Origin: Lama guanicoe
Taxonomy: Eukaryota
Length of the DNA: 64,000 nucleotides
Assembly: GCA_013239625.1 (NCBI GenBank)
Contig: MU053304.1
Location: 2,108,001-2,172,000 of the forward strand
Direction: 5' to 3'
The position numbers and the translations under genes are program-made. Below are positions 49,851 to 64,000 of this stretch, piece after piece. The notes below the pieces were generated by a model. That model worked only from the letters and a program-made list of their open reading frames with translations. It searched no databases and was not told where the DNA came from. The number at the start of each line of letters is the position of its first letter. The first letter of the stretch is position 1.

Positions 49851-51957
49851 CTGTACTTGTAGCTGCGATTCATCCGTCCTCTGCCATTTGCCTCCCTTCC
49901 CGTTCAGCCTCTTGACCCTTTCCTTCTGTTCACAGAGGACCCTGTGCTTCCCTTCTTCCCTATCTTTGCTCAAGCTCTTCCCCTCACCTTAGCCTGCCTT
50001 CTTATCTGCTCAAGGGCATTGCTGCTCCTTCAAGGTTCCTAGGATGTGACGGGGACCTGGCTGCATCCTCTCTTCCCCACTGATGACCAGGGTTCATTTA
50101 GTTGCTCTGACCATCAAGACCGGCTTCTCCTTCCTCCGTTACCACTCCAGGAGGGCCCCTCCGGAAGCCGCGCTCCCAGTGGAGAAGGGTGAGCTTCTCA
50201 CATAAAGGCGACCGTTTCTTGGGAAGGGGGAGGGCGGCGGTTTTGCTCCCTGACACAGCGGGGCTTATGGGAGAACTCTCTCCAGGTAGCCCTGACTAAC
50301 CACTTCGTCTGGAAGTGGCCTCTCCTGCCCCTCCGAATCCCCTAGAAGTTCTTGGACCTACCATCATGGGTTCCTCCTGCCTCCTTCCTCTGCTTTCTGT
50401 TACTTGCTTTTCTTTGGGGTGAGTTTATGTTAGAGAGACTCTGTTCTTAGAAGATGGCCTCTTTTTTACGAGTTTGCACCTGAATTGGCCCCGTCAGTGA
50501 CTACCTACACGTACGTCGTTTTCTTCAAGGTGGACACACGTCATGAATATGCTGATAGAGTAAATTGTTTGCAGCTTTGTACAGGTCACCTTTGGGGTAA
50601 TATATTGTCCCCAGCTGCCATGGAGTCTTGTTGTGAGATGATACTCAGACTTTTCCTCCAAAATACAGACTTTGGTTTCTACTCCACTGAAGAATTATGA
50701 AGAACTGTCTTCATGCATTTTTCCAAGTTTGCTGTGAACTGCTTCTTGCGTCCAGCTGAGCTTGAGTTCCTTTTCCTCTTGCGCTGCAGATACCTGGACA
50801 CCATCACGTTGACTCTTTCTTCGTGGTGGTCCTTCTGGCCTAGCTTTCCCCACTGCAGTGACAATTACCCAGTTTCCTTGAACGATTCTAATCCCGCATC
50901 CCTCTGGGCCATCCATTTGACATACCTGATAGGATTACAGTGTCACTGTCACGACCTCACGACCTTATCCCCTTGCTCAAGAACAATGCCAGTACTGGTC
51001 AGTTACCGCAACAGTGGAGGAAGGGGACAATGCCAGTGTTCTAATGGCTATTTCAAGGAATAACATCAGCATTAAAAAAAGAAGTGTTCAGAAGCCAGGA
51101 AAAAAATCAGTGAAAATAAATCTTAAATGTCAAGTGAAAAAATTCTGAACATATTAGAAAACATCCATGTGGCCACCGTTGGCCTTGCTGCCTCCCTCCC
51201 TCCTACCCGGTCTCCGTGGAAGCTGCCGCCTGCAGACGTCTTGGGCGGCAGACTTCAGGACTTCCTGCAGAGCGGCTCCCCTGCGTGTGACTTTCAGAAC
51301 CACAACCTCTGGGCAGCTCCTCCGCTCTGCCTGCTGCTCCGAGTGGGGCAGTGGCAGTTTTGATTTATTCCTCTTGCTGAACTCAGTCTTTTCCTTTAAT
51401 CCAGTGGGAGACACACTGCTTCCAAGGGCTGCTCCTGCCACCGGTGTCAGTCTTTTGAGGACAAGGGGCTGGGGTTGGTGAAATGCACGTGTGAGCTGAG
51501 TGGTAAAGAGGAGCAGAGCAAGCTTAGAGGGGGGTGTTGAGGATGGGAGGGAGGGCAAAAGCCTGGGGAGGGTCAGGTGTGTGTGGGAAGCTGTTGATCA
51601 GAGTGTGAAATAACAGTATCATGACAGGCGTTTCAGTACTTAAAGCATGGTGTCCTGGACGAGCAGGGTGCAGAAAGCTGGGCTTGCAATCACTAATGAT
51701 GTAAAAATAACCGTTAATGTTTATTGAGGGTTGTTATACATCAGTCCTGTGCTAGGTACTCAAGATACCTAATCTGTTATAATAAAATGGCTTTTCAAAA
51801 TAGGTCCAATAATATGGCCATCAGAGATTCCAGGCTTGCCTACCTGGTCCTGTTCGTTTGCTGCTCAGTAAAAGAGATGAACACACACCTGTAGAAGACC
51901 AAACGCTCCTCCTCCCCGAAATTCTACACCTTAGTACCTGAATCTTGATAATGTTGG

Positions 51958-52460
51958 ATATGTTAGTTTCCTCTTATTGCTGTAATAAATTATTACACAC
52001 TTAGTGGCTTAAAAGAACGAAGAGTTACCATCTTACTGTTCGAGATATCTGAAGACCAAAATGGGTCTCAAAGTCATGTGTTTGAGAGGTTGACTTCCTT
52101 CTGGAGGCTCCAGGGGAGAATCTGTTTCCTTCTCTTTTGCGGCTTCTTGAGACTGTCTGCACCCCTTGGCTTGTGGCTCCTTGCTGCCTTCAGAGCTGGT
52201 CAAGACCTCCTCCTATCGCACCCCTCTGACACTGACTCTTCTTCCTCTCTCTTCCACGTTTAAAAGACCCTTGTGATTACAGTGAGCCCACCCGGATAAC
52301 CCAGGCTACTCTTTCTGTCTTAAGGTCAGCTGATTAGCAACCTTCAGTTCATCTGCCACTTAAATTCCCCCTTGCACTGTAATACAATGTATCCATAGGT
52401 TCCGGGGACTAGGACGTGGACACCTTGCGGGGGTTGGGGGGCATTATTCTGCCTGTCACA
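51958..52460 (-). mobile_element. MLT1D-like LTR nested in an opposite-strand MaLR LTR (~51905-52610)
   Basis: tgttagtttcctcttattgctgtaataaattatt..ttctggaggctccaggggagaatc..taaggtcagctgattagcaacctt..ggcattattctgcctgtcaca; flanked by cttcgcagatgtaattaaggtta..gggagattattctggatcatccaggtggg. Confidence 0.8.
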
Positions 52461-55400
52461 TTGCGAAAAAAGAACTTCGCAGATGTAATTAAGGTTATGA
52501 CTCTTAAAACTGGGAGATTATTCTGGATCATCCAGGTGGGGCCAGCTGATTCAAATGAGACCTTAAAAGCAGAGGACTTTCTCTAGCGGAGTCAGGGAGA
52601 TGTGGTGTTAAATGACAAACACAGCTTCTGATTCAGCTCACACGGTGCTGCTGGATGCATCATTCTGAGTTTTTAAGAATTCCGTCTCTTTTTTGTCCAA
52701 GAGCTGCCGTGGCTCTCTTTCATCCTTCCTGAAAGCTCAAAGTTCAGCTTCAGAACCTAGCAGTCAGAGCTCACCTATCCATCTTTGGATTCTGTGCCTG
52801 TGGTCCAGCCAGCCTCCTCGTGGTGTTTCTTTTGGGGCTCTCACGGCTGTGTGCCCTTGCTGTGTTCCCTTGATTACCTACAAGATTGCCTGTCTTGTCT
52901 CAATGTCTCAAATTTTCTTTCAAAGTTAAATTCAAGTCATACCTTTCCCATGGCAGTTCCAGGCCATAGGCTCATTTCTCCTTGTAGCATTTATAATCTT
53001 TGACATCCAGTGTTCAGCTTCTTTATTAGGCACCATGCATTATTTTCTGGTCATTTCTTGCAGAATTTTTAACCCTCCAAAATATATGAGAGTAAAGACA
53101 TTTTTCTGGATCTTCCAGCACCATGTGCCATAGCTAACATGAAATATGTGTTTGCTGATTGACTTAACTGTAAGTGATTCTGTAAAAATAATTGAGACAT
53201 ATGCTTGGTACTAGAGGTTTCTTCATTGCACAGCAGCCACCGCAAATCTCGCACAAGGGGTACTTTTTGGTTCCCAAGACTTGAAGACCTTCCATTTCTA
53301 AGACTGTTTCTCATCTTGGTCCCCATGTCCATTGCCCCCCACCCATTTTGCCCATGTACCTCCAGTAGCAGTAAGTGATTCAAAAGCCTTGTGATGGCAG
53401 GCTGGCTGGCCTGTCACCCTGCGAATTTTCCCATATTACACAATTTATGATTCTTATCCTCTCACTCTTCCTGCACATCTAAAACGCCTCATTCTAGCTT
53501 CAAACAAGCAATCTGAGTAGGATAATTCCTATTATATTATGAACAACTGATAGGCAATTTTAATTCTGGTTTTTTTAATAACAAAAATTTTGTTTTAAAA
53601 ATTTGAACTGAGGGATTGTGGCTTGTGACGAAATCCGCTGTCCCTCTTGCCCTTCTTGTTCGTGAGAGTGTCCTGGCCCTTCCCCTCTTACAGCTCCGCC
53701 TTATTGACAGACGGAGCACACGTTTGTTTTAGTGGCCCTCTGAGGCTATTACAAAGTGGACTTGCAAAACGCATCCTCCAGTCTCAGTTCAGAGCGATTT
53801 TCTGCTGCGTTGGTTTGTGTTTCGTATTTCACATACATTTCTCAGCCATTTCTTTCCTATAAGCGTGAGCAGAGGAATATACGCCCGTGCGTATGCATAT
53901 ATTTCCGCTCTTTGGTGGAGTGGGGGTGGGTGAGGTTGAGCGTGGGTGGGAGAGGGTGGGAGGGACTAAGTTCTGACTTCCACCCCCTCGCGCATGGTTA
54001 AAGAGGGTTACAGAAGAGCTGTGGGAAGCGGGTTATGTAACATGACACCCCGCATCTGGAACACTGAGATGCCTCGCTGTCAGTCTGCATCATGAAAACA
54101 CGATGCTGGGGGAGAACTGACACAGGTCTGGGGACTCCTCTACAGCTGACGGTGTGCTGCTTGGAGCCACACACATCTGGGTTCATTTCTGGCTCTGCTG
54201 TTGACCAGCCGCATGACCTCGTGCTGGTGTCTCAGGGCACCTGAGCTCCTTGCCTTCCCCTGACGGCCACAGCAATGCTTGCCTTGAAGGGTTAGAGAGC
54301 CCACAGGTTACCCGCCTGCTGCATGGTGGATTTTAAGTCACTGGCAGGCATTGCTTTGTCTTGAAGGCCGATGTGACGTTTTTGTGTGAGCATCTATCCC
54401 AGGATGACTTAACGTGCAGAAGGGTCTGCGTGAAGGAGGACAGGAGCATCAGAATGCGAACATCACAGAAGGTGGCCAAATACAGGGCATGGAGGGCAGT
54501 TCTCTGTAGACCAGAGGGGCAGACTGAGCCTGTTTTTTGGGTCTGGGGCTGTGTGCTTTGTTTGAATGGCTCTGGTCTGCTCACGATTCGGCCTCACTGG
54601 CTGCCTGTGGACTGTGGGAGTTTGCCACAGCCACCTGAGCCCTCTAATCAGCTCTCGAGCCAGACAGGTGAACGAAGGTGCGGATGTCTCGTGCTGTTCT
54701 TGACATATGGGGTTTGGGTTTCTGCTGGAACGCTGATGGGGGTGAGAACACAGTGCCTGGCACGGCTGTGATCCCCCACTGCCCGGCAGCCCTCGTAGCT
54801 GAAAAGAGAAGAGGAGTTGACTCATTTCCACGACTGTCTATTGATGAGACTTTTCAGTTTAAGAAACATTGCTAAGTGTTCCATAAAACAGAGGAACGGA
54901 TCAAGGGAATTGACAGCACATGGCATCTATGTATCTATACACAAGAGGGCCTGCGTAGGTGCTTACTTATGTTTGTAGAGTGTATGTATTTGTGCAAGCA
55001 AAATCCATCCCTTCAGAAATTATAGTGTGCTATATTTTGAAAAGTATTTGATTTGATATAAAAAATGAAAGAAGTTCACTTTTTTCCTCCCCGGTAAGTC
55101 CCACAAGCCTTCACAAGCAGATACTACAAAAGCCCCGAAGGCAGCAATAAATCCCGCTTGTTAATTGAAATCCCATTAGGGTCCAGGCTTGTGAAGCAAA
55201 TGTTGAAATCGTCCAGCTGACAAGCCAGACGACTCAAGGGGGCTTTAGACCAAAGGGGCTTATAGAAGTTATTCACAGGAAAACTGCCATTTGTGAAAGA
55301 GATAAACAAGCTTTGGATCTGAGTGGTGTTTAATCTGAGTGCGCAGTCGGGGCCAAGAAGGGTTCGTATTGCCAAACACAGGCCTTACTGAAGAATCTCA

Positions 55401-57284
55401 GCACTTTAAACCCCTAGTGGTCTCTGCTTCACTGAGCGAGGTTTATTATTTTTGTCTTTCTCCCTTCTGTCCCTCTCTCTCTCTCCTTTCTTTCTAATGC
55501 TGGTGTGCGTATAGTACCTGCTTTTAGCACCAAATTACAATTCCAAACATCTTTAGTTTACCTGCGGATATATCTAAAACTCCTCTACCATGCATTGGAA
55601 ATAATTATTCCCTTTTAGTTTGACACCTTTCCCAGGCCAGGGTTAAACGTTGCAATTACTCAGAGAAGTGTATAAACAATGAATTAAGGTGTCAGAAAAA
55701 TATCAAATGGTCGGGGGCACGGAGTTGTTTTCCTTCATGAAGTCCTAGAAGAACCTTCTCCCAGCAGCCTCATGTCTTTATAAAAGTCTTAGTATGTACC
55801 GTGTGTGTAAATTGAAGAGTTAAATAAAACTGAATAGATCACCTGGGTGAAGTTATTGACTAAAGTATCTGCTTGAAGCCGAGTTCAGATGTGCTCTGTG
55901 TGGAATCAGCATATCATGATGTAGGGCACCCGAAGCAAAGAGGGCCTCTTCCTTATGAAATTCTGGAGGTAAGATGGAACTCCTCCCAGAGAGAAGGCAC
56001 CCGTAGGAGAAGTCAGATGGACGACAAGAGATGCCCGCCTGAAAACCTGTGGCTCTTGACCTGTACGTATACATTGGATTCTACAGTGGAACGTTTTGAT
56101 ATGAGGAAGATGCTACAGTAATTTATTTATCACCAGCTATTGTCCTTAACATTGCTTTAAAGCATTCCTTTTGTTTAGGACAATGCAAGGGCATGTGATC
56201 AACTTGTGAGTTGGGATAAAAATAAACATGATGCCGAGCTGCAGAGAGCGCAGTGTGACGCCTTGGAGACAGTGGTGCCTTCAAGGTTAGCTTGCTGGCA
56301 GCCTTCTGAGGCCAGGGGATACTGTTGGAGAAATTTTGTGTTCCAGGGGAAAGGGTGGGTTTTATTGCTGGTCATTCATTCATTTATTCATTCACTCACC
56401 AATCATTACTCAGCTCCCACCATGAGTCACAGTTTTACCACACCCAGAAACTTAGTGATGGCCCTCGGCTGTACTAGGGGACAGTGGGGACACCAGGACT
56501 AGGTCGAAAAGGAACTCAGTCAACCGTTTCTCCAGTATTCCATGTCAATGAGACTCCATGCCATTGCTTTCAGAGCGATATTCTGGTATTTCTTTGAGAT
56601 AAGGTATATTTCCTACACCAAGTAATGTAAAACACCGATAAGGGATATGTTCTCTTCTAAAGGAAAATTGTATTTTTAACAGGCTTCAAAGCTCCTGTTT
56701 TGCTTAAAGCCAAAGATATTGGTGATGATGAGATTTAAGGCACCAACACATGGTATTTCTGTTAATAAAGGGACCATCCCATTAATCTCTAAGCTCATTT
56801 CGGGAAAACACTACCAACGTGGCTTTTACAGTTACCTTTTTGTTTAAATATGAAAGAGTGTGAGAATCTCTATCCACATATGTTTCCTGGGTGTTTATAA
56901 ACTGCACATATATACACACACAAGAAGAGTATGTGCTCATTAAAGAACATTTTTAAAACAGCAGACAGCCATATGCTTGCACTCAAAGAATTTGCAAAAA
57001 CTCTTCAGGGTACTGCTATTTGATCTATAATTTCTCCTACTTTAAAAAAAAAGGTCTACATATTTGCTATATATATGCACATATTAAATAATAGTGTAGA
57101 TTTTAATTAATCAAATTTTTGGTGATCATGTTATCTGCTGAAATTGATGTATGCCTTAACATGAAAGTAAATATAAACATTGTTATTAGCAGTTAGGCTG
57201 CTCCAGACTTAATGATTCCAGCGACTTCAATGGTCTTAGACCTCAGGATACTTAGTTGACTGGACCTCGTCACTGTAGACTGGT

Positions 57285-57846
57285 GACTGTGACAGGAATA
57301 TGACTGCTTCTACTAGAAATGCTTCTAACAGTGGCTTAAAAAAATAAGGATACAATTCCTCATGTAACAAGTGTGGAGACGAGTGATTGGTGGTGGTGTT
57401 TTGATTAGCTCCTCAACTATGACATGACAATTGCAGGTTCTTTCTGCCTTTCCATTCTCTTGAATTTGGTGTGTTGCCCTTTATCCTTATGCATTTGCCT
57501 TTTGGTTGCAAAATGGCTGCTGCAACTCCAGTCATCATATTTGTGTCCAAAGATGAAGAAGGAGCAAGCTACTGATCTGCCAGCATTAAAAATATAGTTG
57601 TACATCATGCATAGGATGAGGTCGTTTGACTCAGTGATGTCTAGTAGAACCTCCTGTGATGATGAAAATGTTTAATAACCTGTGCTGTTTAGTGTGGTAT
57701 CTTCTGGCCACATGTGGCTGTCAAGCACTTGAAATGTGGCTCTTGCAATGGAAAGACTGGTTTTTAAATTGTGTTGAACTCTAATACGTTTAAATATAAA
57801 TAGTCATATGTGGCTAGGCTAGTGGCTACCATGTTGGGTAACACAG
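57285..57846. mobile_element. Old MaLR fragment (~57285-57590) and MER3-like element (~57632-57846)
   Basis: aacagtggcttaaa..ggttgcaaaatggctgctgcaactccag; ggccacatgtggctgtcaagcacttgaaatgtggct..gctagtggctaccatgttgg. Confidence 0.7.
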
Positions 57847-60459
57847 TTTGTCCATTAAACCTGTTAGAATAATTTTGAGGAGCAATGCTGACATTTGAAA
57901 GATCAAGCCCTTTTGTGGTTAAGTGTGTTTTTATAAAATTACGTATTTCAAAAGGATTATTTCCTCGTGTGTCTGTATTTCGTATTTATTTTTGCTTTAT
58001 AAAGGTAGCTCAATGATCGGTTTCTCTGATCTAGCACAGATTTCTTTAAAGGAAATTTCTATTCTGGAGATTGCTTTTTTATAGTTAAAAAAGTATGACA
58101 CCAAAAAAAAAAAAAAAGCATGACACCATTGCAAATTGAAAGCAAAAATCTGAACACCCTGCTTTTGTCCACATCAGCACGATGGCAGTAACAGTAGAAC
58201 AAAATAACCCTTAAAGGGGGTCATTGTAACAGTTTAGCTCCTTGCCGTCTGCTGTTGTGTGACCTGTAAGTGTATTCCCCTTCCACCGTGAAGTGGTCCC
58301 AACTTATGAAACATGTGAGTTTACTTTGGACTGAATTTTTCTCCTGGCGAGTTTCATGAGAAAGAAATGTTGAAGACCAGGGAGTTTTCAGGATTGGGAG
58401 CCCTCCCGGCTCTGGTTTCCTTGCACACATGGGTGTTGGTGGAGGTTCTGGCAGTGCTCTTTGGCCAGAGCTTCGGTGGAGTGAATGTGTCCAAGCTGGA
58501 AGACCTCACATGTGCTGATGGGAAACGTCACGGGGGCTCGGAGGTCTGGAATCCTGGGTGGGTCACGTGGAATGGGGGTGCCATCCATGCTAAGTCTGGT
58601 CAGGAGATGCAACAGCAGCTTGTCCGTTTAGCCTCCAGGTTAGAAGGTTCATGTGACTTTGTGGTTCAACAGCAACACATCCTTTGCTTTCTGTGACATT
58701 TACAAGTGATGACATTCTCTGATGGGACATTATATACCCTTAAAGCAACCTCGAAACTAATTCTAGAAAGTTGGGAAGCAGGAGAAGTGCTTGCTTTTTG
58801 ACTGGGCCACACACTTCTCTGGGAGGTGGACACTGCCATGGACATGTCAGACCTGCAGTACTGGAAGGGCTGTGACAAGCTTGTTCATCAATGAAGATAA
58901 GGGCTAAGATTTGTATCGGTGTCCCGGCTGAAAAAAAGACAGAGTACTCAAAGGATTCACTGCGGTGACATTAAGAACAGACTGTCTCCAGAAGGGCGGA
59001 CTGGGTTAAGGGGATGTGGAGGACATAATGAAGCACCAGAGACACATCAGTGGGATGCTGGAAAGGGCCTTGGGGAGCCCGGGCTGCAGAAGAGGAGCTT
59101 GTCCCTGGGAGGACCAGCAGCCACTGCACAAAGCCTGCCCTGAAAGAGGGTGAGAGAAGCAGTAACACACTGGATCTCTCTCCAGCTGCCTCGCATCCCC
59201 TTCCGATGCTCCTCTGGGCCTGGCACCCCTCAGAAGCCCGAGGGCAAGTGAAGAACACAGTCCTGGGAGGGTGGAAAATGGCTCTTCAGGGTCAGGAAGA
59301 ACCAGCACGTGCCTATCATGCAGCCGGGGCTGCACACACCTTAGCCAGCTCCATCCCCTACAGTCTCCTCTTTACTAAGAAGACTGAAGCTCAGGGAAGT
59401 GAGGAGAATTTCCCCAAATGCAACAGTGGGTTAATGACCAAGTCAGGAGTCCAAGCTCTTTAATTCCTCTGCCGTGGACGGGGCCGTGGAGGTGTAGCAG
59501 GAGGTGAAAAAATATGGAAACCAAACCTTAGGGTGACGGTCATAATCATAAAAGTGGCAGGAATGTCCCTGCTTTGTATTTCCAGACGTCATCGCATCTG
59601 ACCTTCTTACTAATATTCTTGGGAGTTTAAAAGGTTAGGTATTATCATCCTGACTTTCCTAATGAAACATAGCAAAGGCTCAGCCAGATGACTTGCCACA
59701 AAACAGCAGCTCAGTTCTGGCACCTGAATATAGGTGTTTTTGACTCTGAATCCATGGGTGAGGCAAGTAGACAGCATTGCTAATTAGAACTTGCTGGCAA
59801 CAGGACAGTTTAATTAAATTCAGTCAAAAAAAAAAAAACCCTCAAATGAAAGCCATGTTATATAGACTTTTTGCTTAAATATTAGTCTACATTTTGCCTA
59901 TGGGTCACTAGTTAATTTTGCCTATATTGAAAAGCTCACAGTGAGGGGCCATTATAAAAAAAGTAGGGAAAATAACTAATGCATGAATGAAAAACAAGAG
60001 GAAGAAAAATAATGTTTGAATGATAAAGTAGCAATTTCTAAAAAAATTAAATTCATATTACATCCCAAATATCAAATTTAATTCCAGACAGGCTCCAGAG
60101 TCTGATATAAATGTTTAACGTGGAGTGATGACCAGGGGATGATGTGGTGGGAGTGGGTACTGCTGTTGGGTGCTGTGCTTACTGGATGCCAGGTGCAGTG
60201 TAGGGACTTTCAAAGTGTTACTCCCCACTTCACAGATGAGAAAAATGAGGCCTAGAAACCTGCGTGTGACCCCTGGCAGACAGCATTGCAGCCCAGCGCC
60301 TTCCTCATTCTGACTCAGGTTCAGAGCAGTTAAACACCGTGGGGTCTTAGCATCATTCCGTCCTCCACACTAGGACGCAGTGAAGGAAGGCATTAGCGGT
60401 TTCTTTTCCAGAAAACCTGTTAGATTTTCCATGAAATGAACAACAATGTAGCTGAAAGC

Positions 60460-61085
60460 AAACAGTTAAAACCAACCGGGAAAATATTTGCATCACTTAT
60501 GACAGTCAGAGGGTTATATTTTATAACAAAGAGTTTAACTGGTGCATAAAAAAACACTAGGCAGATAAATGGACGAGGGCTATGAATTAGAATTCGCACA
60601 TTAGAATGTGCTTATGTAGACAAATTTGCAAAAAATTAAGCTTATTAATAATAAAAGAAGTGCAAATTAAAATGATAATGAAGTGGTATTTTACATGCTT
60701 CACATGAATAATAGTTTTTGTCCGTTTGTTTTTGTTTTTTAAGACCGAAGCTGGGGAAATAATGAGGTCACCGGTGTCATGGCGGTGGGTTTGATGGCCT
60801 CTTTGAAAAAGCAATTTGGCGACAATTATAAAGAATCATAAAATTTCCACACCCTTTGACCCAGCCATCCCACTCCTGGGGATTTATCTTGAGACGGTTA
60901 CTAAAAGGACAATGAAAGCCATGTGTGAAAAAGTATTCCTTGCAGTCGTGTTTGTAATAGCAGAACATTAGAAGCCACCTAAAGTTTCCAAGGCTCAGTA
61001 AATTGTGGGTCTGCAGAGCCATCAAATTAATTATGGAAGCTATACAGTAATATCAGGACACTAATGATGTTAATTGAAGAAGGAA
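60460..61085 (+). mobile_element. L1ME-like 3' fragment
   Basis: ataataaaagaagtgcaaattaaaatgataatgaag..aaagcaatttggc..accctttgacccagccatcccactcctggggatttatc. Confidence 0.75.
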
Positions 61086-61269
61086 TGAAGAAGTTGTATT
61101 TATTCTGTGCCTTTAACTGCAGCAGATAGAGTCCATCTAGGGATCGGCATTCAGAGTAAATACAGAAAAAGAAAAATAGCGGCTGTAACACGATGGGGAG
61201 ATTAGAGGCTCATCTGAGCCCTTGAACGCGTGAGATGCTTGTGGCGCTGGTGCGTGGGGTTCTGGGTGT

Positions 61270-62200
61270 GTGCAGGGGAGTGTCCCAAGATCTGGCTGCA
61301 TAGGTACATTGAAGCCAAGTTGGGGGCAGTTTCAGACACCATCATAAAGAGCTCGAACTTTGTCCTTCGAGGCACTGAAAAGCCACTGAAAATGTCCTAA
61401 CTCTGTGTTTTGGGGAACTCTGACAGCACCAAGGGCTTCCAAGTGGTGAGGAGAGCCTCAGGGCAGGGCAGGATGGAGAGGAGCAGAGGGAGCATCTTGA
61501 GAGCGCCTGTCAGCTGCTCAGACGCGGGAAAGTGGGAGAGAGAGGAGAGGAAGAGGATGCTGCTTTCCTAGCTCGGATGGGGATGCTGTTGAGAGGAGTG
61601 GGCAGAAGGGCAAGATGCCGGCTCCACTTTGAACGTGTTGGGAATCTGGTCATTTTGAGGGGTCCTGTTGGGCAGTCCGGGGATATAGGTCTTGTCCTCA
61701 GTAGAGAGGGAAGGGTTGACGGTGGAACTTGGACATGTTGGCTTGTGAGTGCAGTTGCAGTTGGAAGAGTGAAGGGTGCCCAGGGGACATTGGTCCCACG
61801 AGAAAAGGGGGTGGCTGAGGGCGGAACCCTGGGCAGGTCCGAGGTCTAGAGATGGATGGAGAGAGGAACGGAGGAAGCAGCTGGAGAAGGAGTAGCTGGA
61901 GAGACAGGTGGAAATGGAAAGAGGAGAGGGTCTTAAGAAGGAGGGAGAGGGTGGTGGAGCTGAGCGGGACGGGGGGTCCAGAAGGCTGAAGTCTCGTTGG
62001 AGGCCTTTGGTTGGGTTATGGGACCTTGCAGTTCAGGTTACAGCAGAACGTGGATGGTGAGGGATGGTGAAGAACCCAGACAGCAGAGATGAGAACTCAA
62101 GGGAGGTGACGCGGTAGATGTGTGACTCTAAGTTACTCAAGACTTTAAAAGGCTCAAAGATAGAGTTTGCCTGGAGCTTGGAGCATTCTCAGGATGCAGA
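61270..62200 (-). mobile_element. Degraded L2
   Basis: aagagctcgaactttgtcctt..agccactgaa..tttgaacgtgttgg..gggcggaaccctggg..gaggaagcagctggagaaggagtagctggagagacagg. Confidence 0.55.
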
Positions 62201-64000
62201 ACTTTCAGTGTCCCCATCGGGAAAGTCCCTGGGCCAACCGGGACAGGCTGGCCACCCAACTTACCCCAAAATGTGTAAGCTAAAAGCTCTGTTTTCTAAG
62301 AGCAATTAGAGCTGGACAAGGGTGCCAGAGGGACATACACAACGCAATTAAGGATCAACACCAGGGAACAAGGCTACACCGAGCTGCCAATTTAGTGGGA
62401 TGGAGAGTTTGGGAATATTTTTGAAAATATTTTTGGGTTGAAGCAATCTGGTGCGATTCAAGGAAAAAGCAGTTGCTTTTCTTTTAAATTTTTAGTTCAG
62501 GACAGAAAGAAAAACAAACAAACAAACAAAGTCAGAATGGCACAATAAAATCGCAGACAGTAAAGCACTGGTGTAAACATTGACAGTTTTACCCTAAATG
62601 GCTTCCTCATTTTCCAATTACCGTTTTATTTATTTAGTTTTGATTTTACACCAAGGGGAAGAAAAAAACCTATAAGCACGCCTCATTAATTTGCATTCAT
62701 GGGGAAGTGGTGTGCTGTTTGGTAAGAGAAGGCACTGAGTTTAACAGCCCCTCAGTCCTAGGAAAGACCAGGTTGTCTAGTGGAGCTGACGGTACATGTG
62801 GATTTTCTGTTCCCCGGGCTGCACCCTGACTGCCGCCACCTCCTGGGTGTTGGAGTCCCAGACCCCTGGTCCAGCTCCAAACGTCACTGCCTGCTGGTTC
62901 CCTGGAGAGCATGGGCCACTGGAGTCCTGGCTTCCAAGCTCTGGGGGCTTGGGATCAACTTCTGGTTCTCTGTGGCTCCTTTTCCTCATTCGTTGTACAA
63001 TCTTTTTGTTAGAATTAGATACAGTGTTTGTGAAGCAAAGATGCTGCTCCGTCTGGGGTTCTTTCACCTGGCTCCTTGCCATTTGCCAGGGCTGTACGTG
63101 TCACCCGACATTTCTGGGCCTCAGCTTTCTCTGTACAAGAGGTTTCAAGACGCCGCGTGGGCAGTTCAACGTCGATCACGTGTACAGAGTGGCCCCTGCC
63201 TGGGCTAATTGTCATCATTAGTTGTGTGCCAATCACTTGTTACCCACGTGGCCTGCGACAGTTCTCTCACCCTCCATTTCCTTTTCTACAAAAACAAGGT
63301 CTGAACCAGGTGATCTCTGGGGTCCTGTCCAGTTCTCGAAGTCATGCATTTTTCCGAGTGTTGTTCGAAGCTTGGACTGAGATGAAGAATTGTGTTGTTT
63401 ATGTGGTGACTTGAGAGACTGACTTTAAGAGAAGGTTTCAGTTGAACACATCCTGACGCTTGAAAATGAGAACTGAGTCAAGGGAAAGAGACTTTAAGAA
63501 GGCTGCGGAGAAGGGAGGGTGGATCCGATAAGTTAGTCAAACTGGAGGAAGCAAATCAATAAATCAGGCAAGTGTGGGGCTTTTGGCCTGCGTCCCTGCT
63601 ACCCACCTTTCTGTCTGTTACTGTGGCTCCTTTGCCCCCACTTCTCAGTCTGGCCTGTGCTTTGAACCTTGGCTGCCTGTCCACTCCTCTCTTCTCCCCA
63701 GAAGCTCAGGGCCTCGAACCTGGAATCTGCTTCCAGACGGGGCCCTTCCAGCCTGTCCCAAAGCCTGACTGTGCAGTCTGCCTGCTCCTCTGTCCTCCAA
63801 GACCGTCTGCACTCTCCCCCCTTTGGGTGACATCTCTGCCCTCTAGGTCATTAAGGACCCTGACCTTGGCCTTTATGCTGCCCTGATCTGTCACTGCCTA
63901 AGCCGCTTTCTGTAATTGATTTTTAAAAGTATGTGCAGCCAGAGATTCCCTGTGATTATAACTCACACCACTTAATCGTGTGTGGACGTGGGAACAAAAG

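Larger units (their letters stand above)
17913..64000 (+). other. PID1: PID1 intron 1 (partial)
   Basis: Starts at the GT donor at 17913. No HFQTMLKSKLNVLTLKKEP-type exon 2 was seen downstream, consistent with the very long first intron of PID1. Confidence 0.8.

Noticed and set aside
62697..63894. Several 100-140-aa ORFs at the window end as possible PID1 exon 2
   Set aside because: None contains the PID1 exon 2 peptide (HFQTMLKSKLNVLTLKKEP...).
1..64000. CRISPR array, operon or prokaryotic defence system
   Set aside because: The sequence is mammalian, with no regularly spaced direct repeats or gene-dense segment.

Overview
Mammalian, repeat-rich, almost entirely non-coding DNA, most likely from a camelid (camel/alpaca/llama), judged from a camelid-type tRNA-derived SINE and camelid-type L1 3' tails. 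The only confidently coding sequence is the first coding exon of PID1 (NYGGF4/PCLI1; MWQPATERLQ followed by a GTAAGG donor, + strand, 17883-17912) in a CpG island. Upstream is intergenic sequence; downstream to the window end is PID1 intron 1 (exon 2 not seen). The rest is transposon relics: L1, L2, MIR, MaLR MLT1 LTRs, hAT-Charlie and Tigger elements, and a decayed two-LTR ERVL provirus with recognisable dUTPase/pol peptides. Most notable: an ungapped 148-bp, ~86% identical inverted repeat in intron 1 (candidate dsRNA/ADAR substrate); a near-perfect Tigger-derived hairpin; an ATG-TGA start-stop element and AUGA-overlapping uORFs in the PID1 leader; and an intronic MLT1 LTR that appears to match a human PID1 alternative N-terminus but is disabled here. 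Repeat names are from memory of consensus sequences, boundaries are approximate and mismatch counts were done by hand. No new multi-gene system is supported.
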